A stretch of DNA of 64,000 nt, taken from positions 45,634,001-45,698,000 of the forward strand of contig CM052817.1 in NCBI GenBank assembly GCA_028534125.1, given 5' to 3'. Shown in pieces: positions 1 to 12,099 of this stretch. The notes under the pieces were generated by a model. It was not told the origin of the DNA, searched no databases, and saw only the letters and a list, made by a program, of their open reading frames with translations. The position numbers and the translations under genes are program-made. Source of the stretch: Lama glama (taxonomy: Eukaryota). How positions within the stretch are numbered: the stretch's first letter is position 1; every line of letters begins with the position of its first letter.

Positions 1-1106
1 AGCCCCCTTTTACAAAGGGAAAATATGAAATCAAAAATACGTGTCTTCTTTTAAAAAGACAGTCTGCTTGAAGGAAAACTAAAAGGCAAATCTTTTGAAT
101 CTAAAAATACTATGTTTATTTAGATGCTGTGTTGCAAATTCCCTGCCCTGTTTATAAGGACACCGAGTTTACAAATTAGTAAACAGTAAAGAGCTTTTGT
201 TAGCTGACTTATTAACTAGAGGTAATGTTCTCAACTACCTAAATTTGATTTAGTCTTGCTGCTTTATCATAACTGACAAGGTCCTCTGTTGTGTTTTCCC
301 ATCATTCATAGTCAAGCAAAATGGATGTCCTTGTCAAATTGTTTTATTAGGGAGCTTGTATTTATCAGTCTGAAATTTAAACATTACTGTTTTTATAAAT
401 TTTAAAGTTGGTGAAACAAATTTTAGGTAATTGTAAGGAGATGTGAAACTTGGCTAGTGTAGGAGATGGTAAGAGTTCATTCATGTGACTGTGTAATTCA
501 TTTCATATGTTAGAAACATATGTTGAACTCACTGGATTTTCTCCCTTTCTCCTTTCTGCTTCTTTTTGGGGTTTTGTTCCTCTATATAGATACACAGTAT
601 AATTTTTGGAATTTGAGACAACAGACCAGTGTTGTCTTTTCCCTACAATGGTTTAAAAATAAAAGTGCTCCCGGAAATGCCTAAACTAAAAGTATAATGG
701 TGAATGAGACATTGAAAGCTAACAAAGAAACTAGGAATGCAACAGCAGTAAAAAGTAGAATTTACACTGCAGAAACCTATTTAGAACATGAGGGAATTTC
801 CCCATGAGCTTGGGAAAAAAAAGGTAAATTAAAAAGACACACACTTTATGAAAGTGAAGATTATTGGCATGGAAATAGAGAATCAGTAATTCATATTCAG
901 AAGCAGAGGTGTTTCATGGGGGCAGAAACAGAAACAATGAGAACAAAAACCATGATCAAATAAAAACTATTTGGAACTTCAGTGAGAATGAGAGAGAGAG
1001 AGAAAGGGATGGAGGGAGGGAAGAAAAGAGATGCAGAGTGATTGGCTGATAGGCCTCCTCACATTCCAGGCTAAACCAATGCTAAGAGCCCAGTGTGGGC
1101 CCACAT

Positions 1107-1635
1107 CCAATAGCGTGCTGGAGAAAGCTCACACGAACTTGTGAGATCTGATTTTTGCGTTTTCAGAAATTCTGTGAGCTGGTCGTTAAACATAGCCATT
1201 ATCAAAAGCAAAAGGTCATAAACTTACAATTAAGTAAATTATATGAAGAACAAAGATAATAAATAGTCAAAACATCACTGCACAATTATTTTATGACATG
1301 TTACCATTATCTGTGCTCTCGAGGTTATTTACGCCTACTGCATCTGTGTAGAGGGAATACCACACAACCGTGTGCTGCCCTGTATCTCTTCCCGACTCTG
1401 GGCTCAGTGGCATCACGTTGGTTATTTGAAATCAGCCATGGTGGGAGTATTTACAGCATTGAAATCAATAAATGCTACAAATCAGGGCTTAGTTTATTGT
1501 TTTGTTGGTTATCTAGACTTGCAGAAAGTAGATGGAGAAAGCGTTAATAATGGAGATTGATCTTAACAGTGTGTCATGTTTATAATCATTATGTCGTGCA
1601 TAGCACCAAAAAATTGAAGAAACATTCTTCCCGCA
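1107..1635 (+). mobile_element. MER63-family (hAT-Blackjack) DNA transposon remnant
   Basis: Contains tctcttcccgactc...cacgttgg...tgaaatcagccatggtgggagtatttaca...gctacaaatcagggctt, matching the recalled MER63 consensus. Confidence 0.75.
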
Positions 1636-2074
1636 AATAAGTTAATAATAATTAAAAAGAAGGGAATAGAATAATTATCATAATTTGTCAGTGGTTGTAT
1701 TGATTTCCTGGTTCAAGACATCTAAGATATAGAAAGAGCCAGGCTTTATAAGCTCTGTAACATTATTTCTTGAATGTTTAAAAAGGAATTTGCTTTATTC
1801 TCTCAGGTTCCTGAGAAATATCGGTTTTTCTTATCTCACTCTGCTTGCAATTTTGTTTGTTTGTTTGTTTTGGATTGTTTGTAAGTTAAGATAGTTCTCC
1901 TTTCTATGGCACTTCTGTTAAATGGCTTTGTTTCCTTTAATCTATAACCATATTATGGCTCTTACCCTTTTCCATTTCCAAAATATTTGTCTTTTTTGTT
2001 CACTACAAAGAGCATGTTTATTAGTTTTCAGTAACCTTATTCAGGTTATTCTTTCTTAAAATTTTATTAAGACT

Positions 2075-2580
2075 TTTTTCATTTATTTATTTTTTATTGA
2101 AGTATAGTCCGTTTGCAATGTTGTGTCAATTTCTGTTGTACAGCATAATAGTTCAGACACACACAGAGATACGTATATTTATTTTCACATTCTTTTTCAT
2201 TAAAGGTTACTACAAGATATTGAATATAGTTCCTTGTGTTATACTGAAGAAAATTCTTTAAATTTATATATAGTAGTTAGTATCTGCAAATCTGGAACTC
2301 CCGATTTATCCCTTCTCGCCCACCTCACCCCCCCAACCCTGGTAACTATGTTTGTTTTCTATGTCTGTGAGTCTGTTTCTGTTTTGTGAATAAGTTCATT
2401 TGTCTTTTTTTTTTTTTAGATTCCACATATAAATGATATCATATAATGTTTTTCTTTCTTTTTCTGGCTTTCTTCACTTAGGATGACAATCTCTAGGTCC
2501 ATCCATATTGCTGCAAATGGCATTATTTATTATTTTTTATAACTGAGTGTACTCCATTATATACCACAACTTCTTTATCT
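2075..2580 (-). mobile_element. L1 3' end, artiodactyl/camelid type, 5' truncated
   Basis: T-rich tail followed by ttttattgaagtatag...gattccacatataaatgatatcata...gctgcaaatggcattatt. Confidence 0.88.
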
Positions 2581-3059
2581 CAACTCTGACTAATATACTT
2601 TTATAACTTCTAGTGAGGGTTAGAAGGGGCCTCCTGATGAGCCTCTGTGTGTGATGATCTAACCAGTGGTTAAATTACCACTTGTGTACCTCTCTACCTT
2701 GTTTATTATCCCTCCCCTAAACCTATTATAATCCGTGTGGATCCTACAGGTCCATATTTTACTCTCAGAGCCACCTCCTCATATAGGTGGCTTTCTTGGT
2801 ACCTGATGTCTTTACATCCCTGGAAGGGGTCCCTTTGTTTCGCCTGATGATTCCTACCACTCCTTAGCTCAGCCTGAGTTGCCTTACGTTCCTTTTAATG
2901 GGCTTATCCCCAAAGGGCATTAGGTAGACGTATCTTTGAATATATGCGACATGCTTTCTTTATTTCCCTTTCTTTTTTGCTTTTTCTGGGTTTATTTTAA
3001 CCCAAGATTATTGGAGGGTCTTCAGATTTAACATCCAACACGTCCTAGTTTGGGCTTGT

Positions 3060-3205
3060 TTTTTCTTAACCATCTTAACCATTTTTAAGTGTAGAGTTCA
3101 GTGGTGTTAAGTTTATTCAATTGCTGTACAACAGAGATCCAGAAATTTTTCATCTTGCAAAACTGAAACCCTATACCCATTAAATAACAACTCTCTTTCC
3201 CTTTT
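3060..3205 (-). mobile_element. Old L1 (L1MB-like) 3' fragment
   Basis: aaccatttttaagtgtagagttcagtgg...catcttgcaaaactgaaaccctatacccattaaa. Confidence 0.65.
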
Positions 3206-4313
3206 AGGTTTGATTTTACATTATGAGATAACAACATGTAACAAAACAATTCTCAAGGAAGGTAACAGCTCCCAATTCCTAGGATCCAGTTTTATGTAAA
3301 GATGAGGATGTTAGGGTGGTTATTTTAAAATTATGGAGAAAAAACCCATCCAGAAGAAATTTTTATCTCTTTGGGTGTAATAGTCATCATTTATCTGTAT
3401 CTATAACCATATCTACACCAATATCTACACCTACAGGTTGAATGATACTTGGCCTCTGAATCATCAATATTTTTAAATACAAAACAACCACAGCCATGAA
3501 TGACGTGCAACACACAGGACCCAGACCATTTTTGCAGGACTTCTTAAATGTATTTGTGATTACAGTACCCTCTCCTCCTGGTGTTCTAACTTTACGCAAT
3601 TTCTAGCTATGAGACAGTCCTAAATCTTTCCAGTCCCAGAGGAAGCCTGCCATCTGCTCATCAAACTTAGCATAGTTGGAGGGAGCAGCTGCAGTTTCTA
3701 TCTGAATTTGAATGTGTATGTGTTAGGCATTAAGAAAAAAAATTGTGCTCATTTATGTTTTGAGTCATAACTATGCCATCAATTGGTCTCAACAAAGCTG
3801 TCAATGCCAATCCCAAGGGAGCAAGATCTGGGTTCTATTCCCAGCAATACTTTCCTGGCAGATTTTGGGTAACTCATATCAGATTCTCTCTTGTCTCCAT
3901 CTAAAAATGGAAAATGATTTTCAAAAAATTCACCTTTTTCTCTTTTTGAGAATAAAGAGGTGGCTCTTTGGATCTCCTTCCATCTTATTTTGAACAGGAT
4001 AGCTTATGTTCAGCTCCGGAAGCTAAGTTCTCCTTGAAGAAAGAGTCTAAGGAACTATTATGGCTGAGGGCTGGGAAGAGCCTTGGAGTTCAGTTGGTTC
4101 AGTGCTCCTCAGCCTTAGAACTGCATATGCTTTTGCTAATTTTTGCAGTATCTTTATATCACCTATTATGTACTGAATGTATATTTAAATAGATTTTGGA
4201 ATACCTGTCAATTATAGGTTAGATGTGCTATTAATCATACATTACAAACTAAAACATATAAAATTTATAAATGTATATTTGTCAAATCACATTAAAATGA
4301 ACACACAATTCTT

Positions 4314-4655
4314 TTTTAAAGCTATTTTTAATTTTTTGAGATATAATTGACGTAAAATATTCCATCAGTTTCAAGTATACCACATAATAATTTGTTACAT
4401 GTTTATATTATAAAATGATCAGACAATATGTCTAGTTAACATCCATAACTACACATAGTTACAATTTTTCCCCCTTTGATGAGAACTTTAAGATCTACTC
4501 TTAGCCACTTTCAAATATACAGGACAGTATCACCATGCTGTACATTACATCCCCATGACTTATATATTTTATAACTGGAAATTTGTACCTTTTGAACATC
4601 TTCACTAATTTCACCCACCCCTCTGCTGCTGGCAGCCACCAATCTGTTCCCTGTA
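4314..4655 (-). mobile_element. L1MA-like 3' end with 14-bp TSD, nested in a probable hAT-Charlie-type DNA transposon (~4100-4745)
   Basis: TSD aacacacaattctt at 4300-4313 and 4656-4669, at a TT/AAGA endonuclease site. Confidence 0.8.
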
Positions 4656-5896
4656 AACACACAATTCTTAACATAGAAAAAAAACAATGGTCTATGTGCC
4701 ACTTAAAATCAGTGGTACACATATCATACTTTGGAAACACTGATCTAAGCCAGCTTTGTCAATTGTACATGTGGAAACAGCTTCAGAAAGTATACATGAT
4801 TTAATAATGATGTCCTTTAGCTAACTGGAATCCTGGGTTTCTGACTTCAGTTTTCTTAAGTGCGGAAATGTACACAGGAAAAGCATTCTGGGTGATAAAT
4901 CCATCCGGAATTAGAAGAATTTCTAGAAGAATTTGGGGAGATGAAATGGCTGAGAAATATAGTCTGGGAAGATTGTGGAGGATGTTGAATGCTAAATGTA
5001 GGAGTAGAAACTTCTCCCTGGGCTACAAAGCCTTAACCCTGAGATCCAAGGAGCATCCAGACTTGTATGTGAGGTTCAGTGGATTTTTGCACATGGAGAT
5101 TTGGGTGGGACGAGGAGTCCTCCATACAAAGTTAACAACCACTGCTCTTGGCAGTGGAAGCTATTTTGGTTCTCAAATAAAGGAATAAGATAAGACTGAT
5201 CTTCTAAAGATCGGTCTGGTGCAACATAAGAAATAGCACAGAGAGAGGATAGCCTGGAAGAGAGTGAGCAGGAGGTGACCAAAGACATCCCAGCAAAAAG
5301 TGCCTGAACAGGGCTCAGGGAGTCATTCCTTTAGGGTAGACGCAGGAACATAGACATGAATCAGAAAAGACTCACAATGTTTTTTTCCATTTGTTTTCTG
5401 AGGATCACCTGTGGAACTCAATTGTTGAGTGAGAAAATTACATAATGTAAATATCATCGAAACAACACTTGATTTTTTGTGTGTGATTGGGGGTGGGGGC
5501 AGGGCAAGGAGGGAGAGGAAAAGGTAGTAAAAAGAGGAGCTTCTGCATCATTGGAGAGCTGCTTATTTTGCAACTAGTAGGGGCACATGGGGAAGGATGT
5601 TTTCTGTTACCTTTGCTTGAGGGTTAATAATTTTAAAGCACCTGTTAGCACCTATCTCTTTGAGAATGCTCTAGTGCCCTGATGGTGAAAAACATATTTA
5701 AAAATACACAAGGTAGCCCCATGAGTGCTGTGATTTTGCAAGTTATTTCACTTGGTAAGCACAAAGAGAATTATTCTGGTTGAACATTGTGCAATGCAGA
5801 ATGAGGATTTATTTATTCAATTGCCAAATGTTTATCAAGCATCTATTATGTTCATAGCACTGATGGGCACTAGAGCCACAGAGAAGGAGAAGTCTT

Positions 5897-5948
5897 TTTT
5901 TTTTTTACATTTTTTATTGATTCATAATCATTTTACAGTGTTGTGTCA
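5897..5948 (-). mobile_element. 52-bp extremely truncated young L1 3' end with perfect 17-bp TSD, inside an L2 fragment
   Basis: TSD agagaaggagaagtctt at 5880-5896 and 5949-5965. The insert matches the termini of the L1 copies at 44434 and 57354. Confidence 0.9.
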
Positions 5949-6844
5949 AGAGAAGGAGAAGTCTTAATCCTTATCTTTAAGAAGCTTAAATATATTAGGA
6001 ATAGCAAAACAAACAAATGCATTTATGTACATACCCACATTGGAAACATTGCATAGCAAGTTAAATTAAGAAATAAAAATAATCATATACTTGGTGACTA
6101 ATTCAATATCATCTTACAATAGCTTTTCTAAGGAGGAGCACCAGTGCTTTTATTCTCCCCAGAGATCATTATCCTAATTTTTCACTACAGTTTTATTGAA
6201 AACCTGAAAAAAATTGACTATACAAAAGATGATAAAGAAGACCGAACATAGAATAAAACATCATTTGGGGACTTACTGATTGATGACATAGCCTTCACTT
6301 TGAATAAATAGCTTTGCATCTACCTCAGATTGCTACTGATGGAAAGCCAGCACAATTATTATTTAATACTTTGGAAATGACATCTATGTTCAAGAGACTG
6401 CCTCATAAAGAACAGGCTCCCATAAATAATGAAGACCTAGTCTGCTTCAGAAAATTGCAGTTGAAAGTCTTAAGTGGCTCAGAGCAAGAGAAAATGAAAG
6501 ATGGAACACTCAGTAAAGCTCTTCATGGCTGGGCTGACTGGACTTAGGAAGCGCCGATGGAGGAGACAGCAGACCACAGCAGACAACAGAAGCTAAGCTT
6601 GAAACTGGGGAAACTGAGGCAAAAATTCAGTCTGGGAAATTCAGGAATAGATTTCCTCCTCCTTAAATATAAGATATCAAACATCCTAATGAGCCTTTTT
6701 GACTTCTCAGTGATACCCTTAATAACTTTCTCAACGATGGTATTTAGCACTGATCTTCTGTGTTACCATCCTCATGACTGCAGAAGCAAGTCTTTTTAAC
6801 GAGAGTAATATGAATAATGTCAAGCTCAGTCTGTTGAGAGCATG

Positions 6845-7250
6845 TGTATCAGTTGGCTATTGCCATGAAACAAACTACCCCAAATTAAGTGGCTGACAAT
6901 GATGATCATTTAATATTATAGCTCTTATAACTACAGATTAGCTCTTGGTTTGGTGGGAGACTAAGCTTGGCTGGGGTGTCTCTACTCCATGTGTTTCTTC
7001 TCTTGGGAAATACACGACATGTACTTTCATGGTGATGGCAGAGGTCCAACATGCAAGGCCTCTGAGGACTGTGACACATCATTACTTCCCCCTCATTGTA
7101 TTGGCCACAACAAGTCATGTGGCTAAACCTATAGTGAAAGGTCGGGAAGGTATACTTCATTTACACAGTGGAAGTTTGAGGTTATATGTAAAGGGTGTGG
7201 ATACAAGTATGGTGAAGAACTGGGGAATATTAATTCCATCTCCCTCATTG
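6845..7250 (-). mobile_element. MLT1-family MaLR LTR
   Basis: tgtatcagttggctattgcc...aaactaccccaaa...ttggccacaacaagtcatgtggc pattern. Confidence 0.75.
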
Positions 7251-7929
7251 TGCTAAGATGAGAAAGACTTGGATACAAATTTCAGCTCTATTGTTTACTA
7301 ATTAAACATCTCAGATAGGTTGTTTAATCTTTCTCAGTCATCATTTACTCATCTTTAAAACTAAGTAATAAAATGGTTAGGTCCTGTTTGTAACATTTCT
7401 GGGCCTTAAACTAAATTAATTATCTTTTTTTCTTTTTCCTATTTTGTGTATATGGCCATATGTTTACAATCATCAAATTCTTGTAGTGATGCCCATATCT
7501 GCTCTTTTATCCTACTCAGGACTTGCCTCTATGATCTTTCAAAGATATGTTACTGACAAAAATAAAAGGGAAAAAGAAGGTGTAATTTTTCTTCAGTAAG
7601 GTAATGTCTAATAATGCAGACCTGGGTAGGTGAGGGTGTTCTCTTTTGGCTTTCAGAGTGACTATCAACATCATATAGTAACCCATGCTCCAACCCAGAA
7701 ATCTGAAGGATTTACTTTTCTGAATAATTAGTGTGTTTCCAATATATCCTCCAATCATTAATATCAGGACATTATTTGATATCAGCCATAACAATAACGT
7801 AAGCTCTGCTTCCTTGCACAGTCCAATGTAAAGTCTCTGAGGGAATGTGTAACTGCTGCATGGAGGCTCATTTTATGAGGGTCTCCTGGGATGGCAGTAA
7901 AATGCAGTGACTAGGAACATAAATAGCTG

Positions 7930-8110
7930 AGTGTGCCATATTCTTTATCCCATTTAATCTTCAAAATGGCTCTGTGAGGTACATACCCATTTTACAGATG
8001 TAGACTTTCAGGCTTAGAGAGGCTGAGTAACTAGCTTCAAGATCATATAACTAGTCAGTTGTAGCAGCTAGTCTCAAATTCAGATCTAATTCTGAAGTCT
8101 GTTATTAAGC
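7930..8110 (-). mobile_element. MIR SINE
   Basis: cccattttacagatgtagactttcaggcttagagagg core. Confidence 0.75.
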
Positions 8111-8939
8111 ACTCTTTTTTTTTAAAATCTAGAGTTGTATTCCTGATTTAAGATTTAGAATTAAACCCTAGATATAACCTTTGATGTCAAAAAGAAAAAA
8201 AATACAACTTAAAACCAACACACTACAATGAGTATCACTTGAACATTCAAATCACAGTAATTTTGCTTGTCTTTGAAAAAATTGCAAGATCTTTTTAGAA
8301 ATGATTTGAATGAGCCTGTTCTCTTTTTAAAGCAGGAGAGATTCTGAAATGATACTTTCCATTTCCCTTTGTAAATTTCCCCTAGGCACTTAGAGGCCTT
8401 CTAAATTATTTGATTTAACCTTAGGCTGTCTGCCAAATTGAGATCATTCTTTTCCAAAATAGCCATTTCAGCATGTAAAGGTTTGAAAGACTGGCTGAAG
8501 ACTTTAATGATGAGAGTCTAGTAGAAGAGACATCCCTCTAAAGTAGTTCTCTCTGTGTCTCTCTTTTATTTGTCTTTTTTTCTTTGCTTTCCGACATCTC
8601 TCTTTTAGTCCCTCTCCTGCACCAACTCCTTAATCAAAGACGTTACAAAGTTAAATTTGGGAATCTGTATATGGAAGTGACTGGAAGGCAGATTTTTCTG
8701 GCTATGAGCTTTGTCTTAAACCAACTAATAGCCCCTGGGATCTTATCTTCCTTTGTTTTCTGAGCAAACATCCAATCTAACCTTTGTTGCCTGCAACCCA
8801 ACTGGAGAATGAGCAGGCGAAGTTAGTGAAACGTGAAGATTTATAGGATAGCAAAGAGTGGAGAAGTGTTGGTACCCAGACTATGCCAAATGTGGGGTGA
8901 GTTAGCTCCCACAGCTGGGAACCATGTGTTTCCCAAAAG

Positions 8940-10835
8940 CAGATAGGGAGCAGATTTTTCCTTCTTGGATTTCATGGCACCACAGTCCTGTTCCTCCTCT
9001 AGCTCTCAGACCCCTATTCCGCATTGTCTTTTGCATGTGCTGTCTCTCCACTCTGCCTCTAACTGTAGGTGTTCTTAGGATTCAGTCCTGGACTTTCTTT
9101 TCAGTTCACTTTATACTCTGTTAGGAAATCCTATCCTCTAACAAAGTTTTACATATAACTTGTAATCCAACAGTTTAAACTCATTTTCTATCTCTAGCTT
9201 GGACCTTCCTTCTAAACTTGAGATTCCTATATACAACTGCCAACTTGTTGGCCCTACCCAGGGATCTCACAGGCATCTTAAACTGCATGTTTGAAACTTG
9301 CTCATTGTTTCTCATTGGCCCCCTTTGCTCTGTGCTGTCTTAATAAATGCTTACTCCATCTACCTGGTTTATCGTGTCAGAAACCCAGGAGTCATTCTTT
9401 TTCTTTATTTTCTCTTTTAAAACAGTAATTTAAAGTTTATTCCAGCTATAATAGCAGTTTCTCTGGCATGCTTCAGAGCCCATTACCAAGACATTCTGTT
9501 GCACTTGTCTGTCTGATTCATGGGTCTGTGCAATTTCTGGCACCAGGGCATCATCTGAGTTTGGACCAGACAGCAGTGATAAAATGGGTAGAATAACTGT
9601 AGAATCAGTTAAAGCAGGAGACCAGTGTGTTTCTAAGACAAATGCTCTCATTATTACTTCATGTGTGGTTGATGAATTAGTCATTACTATTTAAATTTTT
9701 AAATATTATTTAAAATTTAATATTATGTTAATATTTGGATGATGAATTCTTGTTGTAAATGCAATTGTCCAACAGCGTACACATGGAGAAGGGCTGTCCT
9801 TAGGGCCCATAGTGGTAGTTTGCCAATCAGTCTCAGGCCAAATGGTTATGTTCTTCCTAGTGGTTTTTGAGTGTCTGTGCTTTTCTCTTTGGTTTTCCAC
9901 TCTGTCAGTGTGGACATCCAAACTTCAGGGTGGTGGGCAGAGGCTGTCATTTTGCCTCAGGCCATCTTTGTTGAACTCAAGTGCTGAATGGATGGCAGTT
10001 TGGAGGGGAGGTTAGGTGGAGAGGTGGATCAGGGATGAGGGCAGTGAAGGGGAGGTGGAGACCTTTATACAATGAGGGTCCTAAAACTCCGAGGGTCTCC
10101 TTCCCTCGGTCCACTCTCCACATCCCCAACTCATCATTCAGCCTGGCAAAATAAATCTCAAACCCACCAGTCTTCTCCTCTCCACCAGCCACCATGGTCT
10201 CTCTGGACCACTGTAATAGATTAGTGGCTCTCTAGGGGGTCTTCCTGCTTTCATTCTTACCCACATTAATCCATTTCTTACACTATAGCCAAAACGAACA
10301 TTTAAAAACAAAAATAAAACCATCTTCTCCCTTTTTCAATTCGTTTGATGGTTCCCCATGGAACATATAATATGATCCAAAATTCTTAGTGTGTCCTCCA
10401 AAGCCCTGTATAACCTGACTGCCTCCCAGACTCCTTAACCAGCACCCTCCCTTTTCCTCTTTACAGTCCAGCCACGTTTTCTTCATCACACCCAGGGCTT
10501 TCCCACCTCTGGGGTGGGGCGTGCTGTTCTCTCTGCTGTTCTTCTGTTCTCTGCAGAGCTAATTAACTCCCACTCCTCCTCCTGGGCTCAGCTGAAATAT
10601 CACTTCCTCAGAGGGACAGTTTCTAAATTTATTGATCTAAATTTCCACCCTCTGTTATATTCTTACACAATACTTTTCTTTATAATGCTCATCAAAATTT
10701 GTAATTTCATATTTATTTATGTGGTAACTGTCTCTCCTACCAGCCAGTGGCTCCAGGGGGCAGAAACAGTATCCACTTTGTTGTCATCAGCACATTCTAG
10801 CATGTGGTAGATTGGCAATAAATATTTGTTGGACT
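8940..10835 (+). mobile_element. L2 LINE 3' region, interrupted by the UBE2D3-like retrocopy
   Basis: L2-type text (ctcacaggcatcttaaactg..., aaacccaggagtcattctt, aaagccctgtataacctg) ending caataaatatttgttg. Confidence 0.75.
9399..10080 (-). pseudogene. UBE2D3: Processed pseudogene of ubiquitin-conjugating enzyme E2 D (UBE2D3-like), heavily decayed; homology secure for ~9421-9900, 5' limit approximate
   Basis: Peptide remnants WQTTTMGPKDSP, AFTTRIHHPNIN and WSPALT...[18 protein letters not shown] match the UbcH5 motifs WQATIMGPNDSP, AFTTRIYHPNIN and WSPALT...SLLCDPNPDDPLVPEIAR. The copy is intronless. Its 3' end ATTATAGCTGGAATAAACTTTAAATTACTGTT matches the recalled UBE2D3 proximal UTR and is followed by a decayed poly(A). 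Confidence 0.88.
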
Positions 10836-11479
10836 AAAGGTAACATAATTTTTAGTATAAATTAAAATTTGTTTTTCTGAAAAATCTAACTTTTAGGGGG
10901 ATCTTTGAAGAACTTATTGTGTAAGTCATCATATAAAAGACCCTACTGAGGAGTACAACAGACAGTGTATTCAGTTAGGATTTGTAAGAAATATGGAAAT
11001 ATTCATTAAATTGATATTAAAAAGTAAATATTGGCTAATTTATAATCATAGAAAGAAATACTTGTGTAACTGTTACCTTGAAGAGCAGGCCTCTTGGGGT
11101 ATATTCAAAAAGTATGTTTATTTTTAATTTTCCACTATCTGTTTAAAAGATATTCAGTGGAGAAAGTGTTTCTCTGCCCCAGTTGATGTTTACATACTGA
11201 CGCAAAAAATAATTGTACAATCACAACCTTAGTTTCAATTCAGAAATTAACGTATCCAGTTCCTAATAATGATCCAGACTCTGAACTTGATTTAAAGATC
11301 AAGTGTTTCCACTCCCCTCGCTGGTAGTTTTCTTCAGACAGGAAGGCAGGGAAGGAGAGGTTCCCCCTTCTCTCCTTTCCTAGGTTGGGCTTCTAGCCCT
11401 CCTTCTTCCATCCTTCTCTTTTCCCTTTTGGAGGCCCCTTCTGAGAATACTTGGATGTGTGTCTTGTGAGGTGGGCAAT

Positions 11480-11925
11480 GCATATATATATTCACACACA
11501 CATATATATGGAGCGGGAGAGAGAGGGAGAGGGAGGGGAGGGGAGGAAAAGAGAAAGAGAGAGAGTGTTATTGTAAGGAACTGACTCATGTGGTCATGAG
11601 GGCTGGCAAGTTTAAGATCTGTAGAGCAGGCTGGTAGGATGGAAATTCAGTTACTGGCTGATGTTGCAGCCTTCTCTCTGAAATCTCAGGCAGTGTTTCT
11701 ATGTTGCAGTCTGGAGGAGAGTATCTTGGGAAACTTCAGTCTTTGTTCTTAAGGTCCTCAACTGACGGGATGAGGCCCACCCCTATCATGAAGAGTAATC
11801 TGCTTCTACTGACTTCTGTGTTAATCACATCTGAAAAATAGCTTTAAAGGAACATCTAGACTAGTGCTGATGAAATGACTGGGTGCCACAGCCTAACCAA
11901 CGTGGCACATAAAATCGGCTGTAAC
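11480..11925 (-). mobile_element. MLT2-family ERVL LTR
   Basis: aaggaactgactcatgtggtcatgagggctggcaagt...caactgacgggatgaggcccaccc...ggcacataaaat. Confidence 0.85.
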
Positions 11926-12099
11926 AGACTATTTTTTGTAGGTCCCACTGTGCCTACAGAGTACTCTTGGGCAAAGTTTTAAAGGGCTTCAGCTTGGCTT
12001 CCTCTCAAGTGCCATATCAAATCTAAAAATAGAGTCATACATTATTTTCCCAACAAATTTTAGTTTTTGCTTTTTCAGTAATTTCTTAATCCTCTGCCT

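Noticed and set aside
640..1100. Possible HAL1/L1 ORF1-like remnant
   Set aside because: Purine-rich and suggestive, but too decayed to call by eye.
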